DNA of 54,532 bases, taken from IMG/VR virus record IMGVR_UViG_3300022752_000089, positions 1-54,532 of that record, one strand, 5' to 3'. Positions 37,007 to 45,764 of this stretch are shown piece by piece. Source of the DNA: a virus (Duplodnaviria > Caudoviricetes). Both the position numbers and the translations under genes were made by a program. How positions within the stretch are numbered: the first letter of the stretch is position 1; each line of letters begins with the position of its first letter. The notes beneath the pieces are model-generated. The model had not been told where the DNA came from and did not search any database. It saw only the letters and a list, made by a program, of their open reading frames with translations.

Positions 37007-38017
37007 ATGTCCGTTTACATTGATAGAACTTTTTTGCTGAGGCTTTCTCCAAAGCTGAACAAATTCACACAGAAGAAGGAAGACCTGTACAACTTCAGGT
37101 GTCCTCTCTGTGGCGATTCACAAAAACACAAATCCAAATCCCGTGGTTATGTTTACCGCAAGAAGAATGACTATTTCTATATGTGTCATAACTGTGGTGT
37201 CTCTACCACTTTTTATAACTTGCTTGACAAAGTTGATCCAAACTTGTCAAAAGAATATTCATTAGAACGTTACAAGGATTCTGCCAGTGCAAACAATTAC
37301 GTTAAACCAACCTTTGAAGAATTCAAAACAGAAACTCCCAAATTTAAGAAATCTTTGGGCATCCCATCAATCAAGTCTTTACCAAAAAAACATTATGCTA
37401 AAGTGTATGTTGAGTCACGCAAAATACCCGAGGGATTTCATTCGGAGTTATACTTTGCAGAAGATTTCAAAGGTTTCGTGGAATCCTTGCAGATTGAAAA
37501 AGAAGGTCTCAAAGAGAATGATCCGAGACTTGTAATACCATTCTATGATGCCGATAAAAACTTGATTGCGTTTCAAGGTAGAGCACTTGGTGAATCCAAA
37601 CTGAGATATATAACTGTCAAGTTATCTGATGACAACAGTAAGGTCTTTGGTCTTGACCGAATCAATCAGGAAGAGACTATCTACGTAGTGGAAGGTCCTA
37701 TTGACTCCATGTTCTTGGAGAACGCTGTGGCAACTGCGGATTCTAATTTGTCATCAATCAGTAAGTTATTTGACAAAACTAAAGTAGTTCTTGTATATGA
37801 TAATGAACCACGGAACAAAGATATATGTAAACAGATTGACAAATGCATTGAAGAACATTATAATGTTGTTATTTGGCCTGAATATATTGAAGAAAAAGAT
37901 ATTAATGACATGGTATTGAATGGTTTCTTACCTGATGAAATCCAAGATATCATAAGTAAGAATACCTTTGTGAATCTCAGAGCTAAGATGGAATTTATTA
38001 ATTGGAAAAAGGTTTAA
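37007..38017 (+). CDS. gp61: DNA primase
   Basis: NFRCPLCGDS...CHNC zinc ribbon; VEGPIDS, YDNEPRN, KDIND TOPRIM motifs. Confidence 0.95.
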   Translation: MSVYIDRTFLLRLSPKLNKFTQKKEDLYNFRCPLCGDSQKHKSKSRGYVYRKKNDYFYMCHNCGVSTTFYNLLDKVDPNLSKEYSLERYKDSASANNYVKPTFEEFKTETPKFKKSLGIPSIKSLPKKHYAKVYVESRKIPEGFHSELYFAEDFKGFVESLQIEKEGLKENDPRLVIPFYDADKNLIAFQGRALGESKLRYITVKLSDDNSKVFGLDRINQEETIYVVEGPIDSMFLENAVATADSNLSSISKLFDKTKVVLVYDNEPRNKDICKQIDKCIEEHYNVVIWPEYIEEKDINDMVLNGFLPDEIQDIISKNTFVNLRAKMEFINWKKV

Positions 38018-38019
38018 TT

Positions 38020-38682
38020 ATGAATGTAAAATTGATATCATACACACAGGGTATAGACGGTAAAGATTTGTTAGAACAGGTTGCTTTTGTGGCCAGAGTC
38101 TCAAATCCTGCCAATCAAAATAATACCGAAACATCTGAAAAGTTGGTTCGGTATCTTATCAAAAACCAACATTGGTCACCATTAGAAATGGTGAGCATTT
38201 GTTTAGAGGTAAACACCACAAGAGATATAGCAAGACAAATTTTAAGGCATCGTTCATTTTCCTTTCAGGAATTTAGTCAGCGGTATGCTGATGCGTCCCA
38301 GTTAGAATTTGAATTGAAAGAGTGTCGGTTACAGGACACAAAAAATCGTCAGAATAGTATAAAACCGGATAATTTAATTGATAGTAATGCATTTTTGATT
38401 TGGGAATGGGAACGTAAACAAAATGAATTACTTGATTTGGCTCGTTCTCATTATCTTTGGGCACTCGGTGCCGGTATTGCTAAAGAACAAGCGAGAGCAG
38501 TGCTGCCAGAAGGTATGACTGGTTCACGTTTGTACATGAATGGAACACTTCGTTCTTGGGTTCACTATATACAACTCAGGTCAGCAAATGGTACACAGAA
38601 AGAACATCAAGATGTTGCGTTGGCTTGTGTTGATGCAATTGAACCAATATTTCCGATGATTAAAGAATTTATAACAAAATAA
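38020..38682 (+). CDS. thyX: FAD-dependent thymidylate synthase
   Basis: HWSPLE, QILRHRSFSFQEFSQRY, ARAVLP, TQKEH. Confidence 0.96.
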   Translation: MNVKLISYTQGIDGKDLLEQVAFVARVSNPANQNNTETSEKLVRYLIKNQHWSPLEMVSICLEVNTTRDIARQILRHRSFSFQEFSQRYADASQLEFELKECRLQDTKNRQNSIKPDNLIDSNAFLIWEWERKQNELLDLARSHYLWALGAGIAKEQARAVLPEGMTGSRLYMNGTLRSWVHYIQLRSANGTQKEHQDVALACVDAIEPIFPMIKEFITK

Positions 38683-38697
38683 TAATAAGGCAAAAAT

Positions 38698-40485
38698 ATG
38701 GAAGAATATCTAGGTATTAAAATAGATTTAGAGAAAGATAAACTGTTCGATGAGTTAGGCATCAAGCGACTTAAAGAAAGTTACATGAAAGAAGATGAAC
38801 AATCACCACAACACCGATTCGCCTTTGTATCAAAAAGTTTTGGAAGTAATCCTGAACACGCTCAGCGCCTTTACGATTACGCCTCTAATCATTGGCTTAG
38901 CTATTCCACTCCAATTCTTAGTTTTGGGAGGTCTAAGCGTGGCCTTCCTATTTCATGTTTTCTTAACTTCATTGAAGATACAGCGGAGGGATTAGTTGAT
39001 AATTTATCTGAAACTAATTGGCTTAGTATGCTCGGCGGTGGTGTTGGTATTGGTTTCGGCATCCGCTCTACTGATGATAAATCCACAGGCGTTATGCCCC
39101 ACCTCAAGATTTATGATGCTTCATCGTTGGCTTATCGCCAAGGACGAACACGCCGTGGTTCGTATGCTGCTTACCTCGATATCAGTCACCCTGATATTAT
39201 TGCTTTCTTAGAGATGCGTAAACCAACAGGTGATCCTAATGTTCGTTGCCTGAATCTACATCATGGTGTTAATATCACCGATGACTTTATGAACATCATT
39301 GAAAAGTGTATGTTAGATCCAAATGCAGATGATTCATGGAACTTGGTTGATCCACATTCAAAAGAAATAAGAGAAACAGTATCAGCAAAACATTTGTGGC
39401 AACAAATTCTAGAATTGCGTATGCATACAGGTGAACCTTACATTCACTTTATTGATACAAGCAATAGGGAGATGCCAGCATTTCTAAAAGATTTAGGATT
39501 GAGAATTCACCAATCTAATCTTTGTTCTGAAATCATTTTACCAACGAATGAAGAAAGAACTGCTGTATGTTGTTTATCATCTTTAAATTTGGAGTATTAT
39601 GATGAATGGAAAGATAATAAGTTATTCCTTAATGATGTTGCTGAAATGCTTGACAATGTTCTTCAGTATTTTATTGATAATGCTCCTTCCACCATTGAAC
39701 GTGCAAGGTATTCTGCCATACGTGAGCGCAGCATTGGTGTCGGTGCTTTGGGCTTTCATGCTTACCTACAACGAAAGGGAGTGGCTTTTGAAGGAGTGAT
39801 GGGCAAGGTTCTAAACAACCAAATCTTTAAACACATTAGAATAGGATTAGATGATGCTAACCAATCTCTTGGACAAATACGAGGTCCCGCTCCTGATGCT
39901 GCTGGCACTGGTCAACGCTTTAGTCATCTTATGGCTATTGCTCCAAATGCTTCTTCGTCTATCATCATGGGAAATACTAGCCCTAGTGTCGAGCCTTATC
40001 GGGCTAACGCTTACCGTCAAGACACTCTTTCAGGATCATTTTTAAACAAGAATCGTTGGTTAGATAAAATTATCAAAGAGTTGACGAAAACGGAAGAAGA
40101 ATATAATGATACTTGGTCATCAATTATTGCAAATGATGGTTCAGTACAGCATTTAAATCTTTTGGATGAAAATCAAAAAGCAGTATTTAAAACATCCATG
40201 GAAATTGACCAACGTTGGGTTATTGAGTTGGCTGCTGACCGTCAACAATATATTGACCAAGCACAGTCATTAAATTTGTTCTTCCGTCCAGATGCACACA
40301 TTAAATACATTCACGCCATTCACTTTATGGCATGGAAAAAAGGATTAAAAACACTTTACTATTGCCGTTCAGAAAAGATTGGTAAGGCAGATAAAGTATC
40401 TAAGAAGATTGAACGTCAAGTAATTAAAGAACTTGATATGGTTCAAGTTGCTCAAGGTAACGATTGTATAGCTTGTGAGGGATAA
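38698..40485 (+). CDS. nrdA: class I ribonucleotide reductase alpha subunit (no ATP cone)
   Basis: PISCF, SNLCSEI, AVCCL, APNASSS, KTLYY, C-terminal CIAC. Confidence 0.95.
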   Translation: MEEYLGIKIDLEKDKLFDELGIKRLKESYMKEDEQSPQHRFAFVSKSFGSNPEHAQRLYDYASNHWLSYSTPILSFGRSKRGLPISCFLNFIEDTAEGLVDNLSETNWLSMLGGGVGIGFGIRSTDDKSTGVMPHLKIYDASSLAYRQGRTRRGSYAAYLDISHPDIIAFLEMRKPTGDPNVRCLNLHHGVNITDDFMNIIEKCMLDPNADDSWNLVDPHSKEIRETVSAKHLWQQILELRMHTGEPYIHFIDTSNREMPAFLKDLGLRIHQSNLCSEIILPTNEERTAVCCLSSLNLEYYDEWKDNKLFLNDVAEMLDNVLQYFIDNAPSTIERARYSAIRERSIGVGALGFHAYLQRKGVAFEGVMGKVLNNQIFKHIRIGLDDANQSLGQIRGPAPDAAGTGQRFSHLMAIAPNASSSIIMGNTSPSVEPYRANAYRQDTLSGSFLNKNRWLDKIIKELTKTEEEYNDTWSSIIANDGSVQHLNLLDENQKAVFKTSMEIDQRWVIELAADRQQYIDQAQSLNLFFRPDAHIKYIHAIHFMAWKKGLKTLYYCRSEKIGKADKVSKKIERQVIKELDMVQVAQGNDCIACEG

Positions 40486-41136
40486 ATGTCTCATATTGTT
40501 GCTAACCTTCCACCTATAAAGTGTTTTGTTCGCAAAGAATTTCTCTATGATTTTGAAAAAGGTCATGGAGAATTTGAACCTTGTTGGTGGATAAGTATCA
40601 AATCATTACGAGGCCAAGCCTTTCGTATTGAGTCTTATCTAAACAACTATGGTGCATTGTACGACAAATTACCATTACATGCATATTGTTGGAAACCAAT
40701 TGAAGGTGAACCATTACCATTAGATTATCTACAACTATGGGACAGTTTATCTTATGACATAACAGTTATAAAAAAAGCACAATTACAATCAATGAGATGT
40801 AAATTCAAATTGAAAAACGGAGATTGGCAATATGGTGTTTATATGTTTACAGTTGATTCTGCTCATCCTGATTTTAACGTACTTGATACAGGGTTTTCTG
40901 AAGATGTCGAGGATCACAAGTCTTATAATTTCATCATGTGTGATAATGGTCAGTTTGCTGCTCAGCCAAATAATCGTTTAATCGTATTTGAGCCAAGTAG
41001 TAATCCAAAAGAATTGAAGATGCCTGACTTTAGGGTTGCAACAAAAAAATGGTCAGTTGAAACGGATTCAAAATGGGCATTAGGTGATACAAACACAGTA
41101 ATGTACGAACAAGTAGAAAAGAAAGAAAATAAATGA
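40486..41136 (+). CDS. conserved hypothetical protein in the nrd operon
   Basis: 216-aa ORF abutting nrdA; GQFAAQPNNR motif. Confidence 0.8.
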   Translation: MSHIVANLPPIKCFVRKEFLYDFEKGHGEFEPCWWISIKSLRGQAFRIESYLNNYGALYDKLPLHAYCWKPIEGEPLPLDYLQLWDSLSYDITVIKKAQLQSMRCKFKLKNGDWQYGVYMFTVDSAHPDFNVLDTGFSEDVEDHKSYNFIMCDNGQFAAQPNNRLIVFEPSSNPKELKMPDFRVATKKWSVETDSKWALGDTNTVMYEQVEKKENK

Positions 41137-41378
41137 AAAAGATATTAAGATTTACAGCATCATGGTGCCAACCATGTAAAGGTTTAGCAATGACACTAAC
41201 AAATATTGAAACAAATATTCCTATTGAAGTTATTGATATTGACGTACTTCCAGAAATTGCAACAGAGTATGGTATTCGTTCTGTACCAACTCTGGTAATG
41301 ATACAAGATAATATTGAAGTTAAAAGAATGACTGGTGCTCAAACTGAAAATGTCATAAAGGAGTGGATAAATGGTTAA
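41133..41378 (+). CDS. thioredoxin
   Basis: WCQPC active site, IRSVPTL. Confidence 0.93.
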   Translation: MKKILRFTASWCQPCKGLAMTLTNIETNIPIEVIDIDVLPEIATEYGIRSVPTLVMIQDNIEVKRMTGAQTENVIKEWING

Positions 41379-42360
41379 AAAAGAAGTACTTCAAAAACTA
41401 ACGGAAGATAGAAACTATTTTAAGCCATTTAACTATCCATGGGCATATGATGCTTGGTTAAAACACGAACAATCACATTGGCTTCACACAGAAGTACCAA
41501 TGGCAGAAGATGTAAAAGATTGGAAGAAAAATCTAACTGATAGTGAGAAACAATTTCTTACACACATCTTCCGTTTCTTCACACAAGGTGATATTGACGT
41601 TGCTGGTGGTTATGTAAAGAATTATCTTCCATACTTTCCACAACCAGAAGTTCGTATGATGCTAATGGGTTTTGCGGCAAGAGAAGCATTACACGTTGCT
41701 GCATATTCACATTTGATTGAAACACTTGGTCTACCTGAAACAACATATAACCAATTCTTAGATTATCAAGAAATGAAAGATAAACACGATTATGTGTTAG
41801 ACATTTCTTCTAAAAATGGTGATGCCGCTTCAACTGCAACCCACATCGCCGTGTTCAGTGCTTTCACTGAAGGGATGCAGTTGTTCTCCTCTTTCATTAT
41901 GTTGCTTAACTTTCCACGTACAGGCAAAATGAAAGGTATGGGACAGATTGTTACATGGTCTATTGTTGATGAAACAATGCACGCTGAATCAATGATTAAA
42001 TTATTTCGTACCTACATAGAAGAAAACAAAGAGATATGGAATGATGAACTTAAAGGACGAATCTACACCATCGCCGAAAGAATGGTTGAACTTGAAGATA
42101 AATTTATTGACTTGGCATTTTCTATGGGTGCTATGGATGGTTTGTCTAGTGATGATGTTAAAAAATATATACGTTATATTGCTGATAGACGCCTTATATC
42201 TCTTGGTCTTAAAGGCATTTTTAAAGTGAAAAAGAATCCTCTTCCATGGGTTGAGGAAATGATTAACGCACCAACACACACTAACTTTTTTGAGAATCGT
42301 GCCACTGATTATGCTAAAGGTGCATTGTCAGGAAATTGGGGTGATGTTTGGGCTAACTAA
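41371..42360 (+). CDS. nrdB: ribonucleotide reductase beta subunit
   Basis: GD, EALH..AY, TEG, DETMH, NFFE..ATDY. Confidence 0.95.
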   Translation: MVKKEVLQKLTEDRNYFKPFNYPWAYDAWLKHEQSHWLHTEVPMAEDVKDWKKNLTDSEKQFLTHIFRFFTQGDIDVAGGYVKNYLPYFPQPEVRMMLMGFAAREALHVAAYSHLIETLGLPETTYNQFLDYQEMKDKHDYVLDISSKNGDAASTATHIAVFSAFTEGMQLFSSFIMLLNFPRTGKMKGMGQIVTWSIVDETMHAESMIKLFRTYIEENKEIWNDELKGRIYTIAERMVELEDKFIDLAFSMGAMDGLSSDDVKKYIRYIADRRLISLGLKGIFKVKKNPLPWVEEMINAPTHTNFFENRATDYAKGALSGNWGDVWAN

Positions 42361-42371
42361 AAGGAAATCAA

Positions 42372-42566
42372 ATGACAACAAAAACAATAACAGCAGAATG
42401 TCATAGTTGTGAATCCAGTTACGACATAGTTTACATGGAAGAATTAGTTTCTGAACATTATCCAGAAATTTGTCCGTTCTGTGGTGAACACATTGAAGAA
42501 TTGTCCGAGGAAGATGAATACATAGAGGACGATGAACTCAATGATGATGAAAAATGGAACGACTAA
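42372..42566 (+). CDS. zinc-ribbon protein with acidic tail
   Basis: CHSC...CPFCG. Confidence 0.75.
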   Translation: MTTKTITAECHSCESSYDIVYMEELVSEHYPEICPFCGEHIEELSEEDEYIEDDELNDDEKWND

Positions 42567-42970
42567 ATTGGATATATGATAATAAAGATTTTACAGAAGA
42601 TTTAATTGGTGAAAATTATGGGTTTGTCTACCGGATTACCAACATGGTAGATGGTAGACAATACATTGGTAAAAAATTCTTTTATACATCCAAAACAAAA
42701 CAAGTTAAAGGTAAGAAGAAACGTTTCAAAATTTCCTCGGACTGGCAAACTTACTACGGTTCTAGTGACATTTTACAAAAAGATGTTATACTACATGGCC
42801 AAGATAACTTTAAGAGAGAAATCATCCACTTATGCAAAAGCAAAGGTGAGTGTGGTTACCTTGAGGCGAAAGAACAGTTTGTAAATGGTGTGTTAGAAAG
42901 TGATATGTACTACAATAGCTGGATTATGGTTAGAGTAAGAAAGTCACATATAAAAGGATTGCAATGCTAG
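42554..42970 (+). CDS. GIY-YIG (Seg-like) nuclease
   Basis: GFVYRIT...RQYIGKK, YYGSS, YYN. Confidence 0.85.
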   Translation: MERLNWIYDNKDFTEDLIGENYGFVYRITNMVDGRQYIGKKFFYTSKTKQVKGKKKRFKISSDWQTYYGSSDILQKDVILHGQDNFKREIIHLCKSKGECGYLEAKEQFVNGVLESDMYYNSWIMVRVRKSHIKGLQC

Positions 42971-43299
42971 AGTATTTTAAAGACATGACAGATTTTGATG
43001 TTTTGTTTTGGTTGCCTACAAATGAAGAAGATACAATGAAGGTTGAGTGTTGCAAATACAAAAAACCTGGTGAACAAATTGGTGGAAGTCAATTAGGTCC
43101 CGAATATCACATTGTAATATTTAAGTTTAATCCAGAAACCGGTACATATGCACACGATAGATGGGATGCCATTTTATCGGATCCTAGGGTTTATGTTTCT
43201 GGATTAATTCCACAAGATTGGTATGGTTTGGTGGCCAGAAAAACCACAGAGTCACAAGAATTTGTGGATAACATACTTGACAAGATTAAAAGTATCTGA
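42964..43299 (+). CDS. hypothetical protein
   Basis: 111-aa ORF coupled to the upstream gene. Confidence 0.7.
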   Translation: MLEYFKDMTDFDVLFWLPTNEEDTMKVECCKYKKPGEQIGGSQLGPEYHIVIFKFNPETGTYAHDRWDAILSDPRVYVSGLIPQDWYGLVARKTTESQEFVDNILDKIKSI

Positions 43300-43305
43300 T
43301 ATAAT
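43277..43305 (+). promoter_or_regulatory. consensus sigma70 promoter for rnh
   Basis: TTGACA-17 nt-TATAAT with TGn extension. Confidence 0.85.
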
Positions 43306-43336
43306 ACTATTTTATTGAAACTATTGAAAGTTTATT

Positions 43337-44194
43337 ATGATTCTCGTTGACCTTAACCAGGTTTTATTGGCTGGCCTCATGGCACAAATTGCCAATGCAA
43401 AAAATGTGAAATTGGAAGAAAGTCTTATTCGACATATGATCCTGAATATCATCAGGAGTCACCTAAAGAACTTCCGCAAAGAATATGGTGAGGTTGTACT
43501 GTGTTCTGACAATCGTAAATACTGGCGCAAGGAATTCTTTCCTTTCTACAAAGCTGGTCGTAAAAAATCACGTAAGAACTCAGACCTAGATTGGCACCTT
43601 ATTTTTGATATGTTGGCCAAGTTTAAGGTTGAACTCAAAGAAAATTTCCCATACAAAGTAATTGATGTTGAGGGTGCAGAAGCTGATGATATTATTGGTA
43701 CGCTTGTGCCTCGTCATATCATGCATGAAAATATCCTGATTATTTCCAGTGATGGTGATTTCTTGCAATTGCAAATGTATAATGGTCGTAGCAAATACAC
43801 TGTTAAACAATACAATCCAACACAAAAGAAATTCTTGATTTCGGAAAATCCATTGGATGAACTGAAACAAAAAATTATCAATGGTGATAAAGGTGATGGC
43901 ATCCCAAACATTCTTTCACCAAGTGATACATTTGTACGTGAAATTCGTCAAAAAGTTATGACAGAAGCCAAACTTACAAAATTCATGTCGGAGAATTATA
44001 CCGAGTATGATGAAAACGCTAAGATTGGTTTTTCACGTAACCAGACTCTAATTGACTTACGAAACATACCAGACGATATACAGTCTAAAATCATAAATAC
44101 TTATGAAGAAACAGTACCAGTTAAAGGTAAATTACTGGATTATTTTATTGCAAATAAATTATTTAACCTAATGGAAGTAATTGAGGAATTTTAA
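43337..44194 (+). CDS. rnh: T4-type RNase H / 5'-3' flap exonuclease
   Basis: YWRK..FPFYKA.R, EADDII, SSDGDF, GDKGDGIPN. Confidence 0.94.
   Translation: MILVDLNQVLLAGLMAQIANAKNVKLEESLIRHMILNIIRSHLKNFRKEYGEVVLCSDNRKYWRKEFFPFYKAGRKKSRKNSDLDWHLIFDMLAKFKVELKENFPYKVIDVEGAEADDIIGTLVPRHIMHENILIISSDGDFLQLQMYNGRSKYTVKQYNPTQKKFLISENPLDELKQKIINGDKGDGIPNILSPSDTFVREIRQKVMTEAKLTKFMSENYTEYDENAKIGFSRNQTLIDLRNIPDDIQSKIINTYEETVPVKGKLLDYFIANKLFNLMEVIEEF
44092..44099 (+). promoter_or_regulatory. late promoter candidate
   Basis: CATAAATA ~95 nt upstream of ORF 44194. Confidence 0.4.
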
Positions 44195-44619
44195 TGAAAC
44201 CCCTATATGAAGTATTCGATGAATTTGATGAAGCAAAGAATAAAAAAGAACGGATGAATGTAATTCAAAAGAATTTATCCAACACACTGGTAAAAGTTTT
44301 AGAGATGGCTTATCATCCAAATATTCAGTGGAAGGTAAGCGAACTACCACACAACTATAAATTACCAACCGACACATTACCTGGAATAACTTACGATAGT
44401 TTGGAATCTCAACTACGCCGAATGTATGTGTTTAGTCAAGGTAATGAAACTGCTGAGAAACTAACACCGAAAAGGCGAGAAGAACTGTTATCACAAATTC
44501 TGGATTCAATTGAACCCCGTGAAGCAGAAATCATCTTAGGTATTTTCCAAAAAGATTTAGGTGTAAAAGGTCTTGACTATAAATTTATCAAAGAAGCCTT
44601 TCCTAATTTATTACCGTAA
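44194..44619 (+). CDS. conserved T4-like hypothetical protein (DUF6433-like)
   Basis: KRREEL..QIL..I...EAE...KEAFP pattern after rnh. Confidence 0.75.
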   Translation: MKPLYEVFDEFDEAKNKKERMNVIQKNLSNTLVKVLEMAYHPNIQWKVSELPHNYKLPTDTLPGITYDSLESQLRRMYVFSQGNETAEKLTPKRREELLSQILDSIEPREAEIILGIFQKDLGVKGLDYKFIKEAFPNLLP

Positions 44620-44634
44620 CTACAGGAGTATTAA

Positions 44635-44817
44635 GTGTCAAAGTTTGTGGCTAAGTTTCGTAAAAATGATTATGATGATGATTTTTCACCAAAGCGTAAT
44701 AGACGTAAAGATGAAAAGGCAGAAAAAAGAAAAATAAAGCATAATTATGAAGATTATGATTATGGATCAGGTTATGAATCAACAAAAAGAAGCAATAAAG
44801 TAAGAAAAAGTTACTAA
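44635..44817 (+). CDS. small charged hypothetical protein
   Basis: SD AGGAG, GTG start. Confidence 0.65.
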   Translation: MSKFVAKFRKNDYDDDFSPKRNRRKDEKAEKRKIKHNYEDYDYGSGYESTKRSNKVRKSY

Positions 44818-44836
44818 TGTTGTAATCCTACAACAT
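44817..44836. promoter_or_regulatory. palindromic operator candidate
   Basis: ATGTTGTA-ATCC-TACAACAT, 3 nt upstream of a -35 box. Confidence 0.5.
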
Positions 44837-44839
44837 CGC

Positions 44840-44868
44840 TTGACATTTGACTAAAAAACGAGTATACT
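44840..44868 (+). promoter_or_regulatory. sigma70 promoter
   Basis: TTGACA-17 nt-TATACT. Confidence 0.82.
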
Positions 44869-44891
44869 TATCATTCGTTTGGAGTAATATT

Positions 44892-45230
44892 ATGATGTTT
44901 CATGTGAATCTACGCAAGTCAAAGCAAAAAAATGTGACAAAAGCCGCTCGTGAGCAATATGAGCAGTGGTTGGCTTCGCATCAAAAACCCATAATCAAAA
45001 AACTACATACTCCAAACACCAAATTATCAGGATATTCTTTGTCGGCGCCTCCAGGTCGTGAGACAAAGCACTATCCATCATTAGATACAGGCCTTGGCAA
45101 CGCTACAAAAGCGGCACCAAAGGTTTACACAGGCACAAAAGTGATGGGAATTGCAACAATGCACAAATCCAACGCTGTTCCTGTGTTTAACAGCGAGGAA
45201 GCTGTAGAAATTTCAAGTATGAGGCGTTAA
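44892..45230 (+). CDS. conserved basic phage protein
   Basis: YTGT...GIATMHKSNAVPVF motif; SD GGAG before ATG 44892. Confidence 0.8.
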   Translation: MMFHVNLRKSKQKNVTKAAREQYEQWLASHQKPIIKKLHTPNTKLSGYSLSAPPGRETKHYPSLDTGLGNATKAAPKVYTGTKVMGIATMHKSNAVPVFNSEEAVEISSMRR

Positions 45231-45231
45231 A

Positions 45232-45372
45232 ATGAAGAAAGATTTAAAATTTATCGTTGAACTTAAGCGTCCGGTTTGCCGGACACCCATTAAACCTGTG
45301 CAAAAACATAAAATTGACACAAAATTCAGCCGGAAAAATAAACATCCACTGAAAAATCCACTGGAGAATTAA
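45232..45372 (+). CDS. 46-aa basic micro-protein (not in ORF track)
   Basis: MKKDLKFIVELKRPVCRTPIKPVQKHKIDTKFSRKNKHPLKNPLEN; SD GAGG. Confidence 0.65.
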   Translation: MKKDLKFIVELKRPVCRTPIKPVQKHKIDTKFSRKNKHPLKNPLEN

Positions 45373-45374
45373 AA

Positions 45375-45533
45375 ATGACACAAATAGATGAACAAATAGT
45401 GCCTGCCGACTTGGTCTGTGATGAATTGCAACCTTGGCAGCGACTGGAAAACGTTATAAAAATATGGGCAGCACAAACCGGATTTGAAAATGACGAAGAT
45501 TGGTACAGAAAAATGAAGGAATACTATGAATAA
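45375..45533 (+). CDS. 52-aa hypothetical protein (not in ORF track)
   Basis: MTQIDEQIVPADLVCDELQPWQRLENVIKIWAAQ...; SD GGAG; overlaps the next start. Confidence 0.65.
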   Translation: MTQIDEQIVPADLVCDELQPWQRLENVIKIWAAQTGFENDEDWYRKMKEYYE

Positions 45534-45708
45534 AGTATATAATTACGAAGATTTGTTCCAGGATATTCCTGGTGACCCCGATAATTTCCTTTTTACTCTT
45601 CCTCCAGAGATGATAGAAGAAACCGGATGGAAAGATGGTGATATCTTAAATATATCCGTGGAAAACGGATCAATAGTGTTGTCAAAAAAAGACACAACCG
45701 TAACATAA
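45526..45708 (+). CDS. AbrB/MazE-fold DNA-binding protein
   Basis: FTLPPEMIEETGWKDGDILNISVENGSIVLSK. Confidence 0.8.
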   Translation: MNKVYNYEDLFQDIPGDPDNFLFTLPPEMIEETGWKDGDILNISVENGSIVLSKKDTTVT

Positions 45709-45710
45709 AT

Positions 45711-45740
45711 TTGACAATCTAACATCTACTATGTTACAAT
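45711..45740 (+). promoter_or_regulatory. sigma70 promoter
   Basis: TTGACA-18 nt-TACAAT with TGn extension. Confidence 0.75.
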
Positions 45741-45764
45741 ACATTATATTGTTAAGGAAGTAAC

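Noticed and set aside
42554-42970. GIY-YIG gene as a recently inserted homing endonuclease
   Set aside because: Catalytic domain only, no DNA-binding extension, and coupled within the operon; looks like a resident gene
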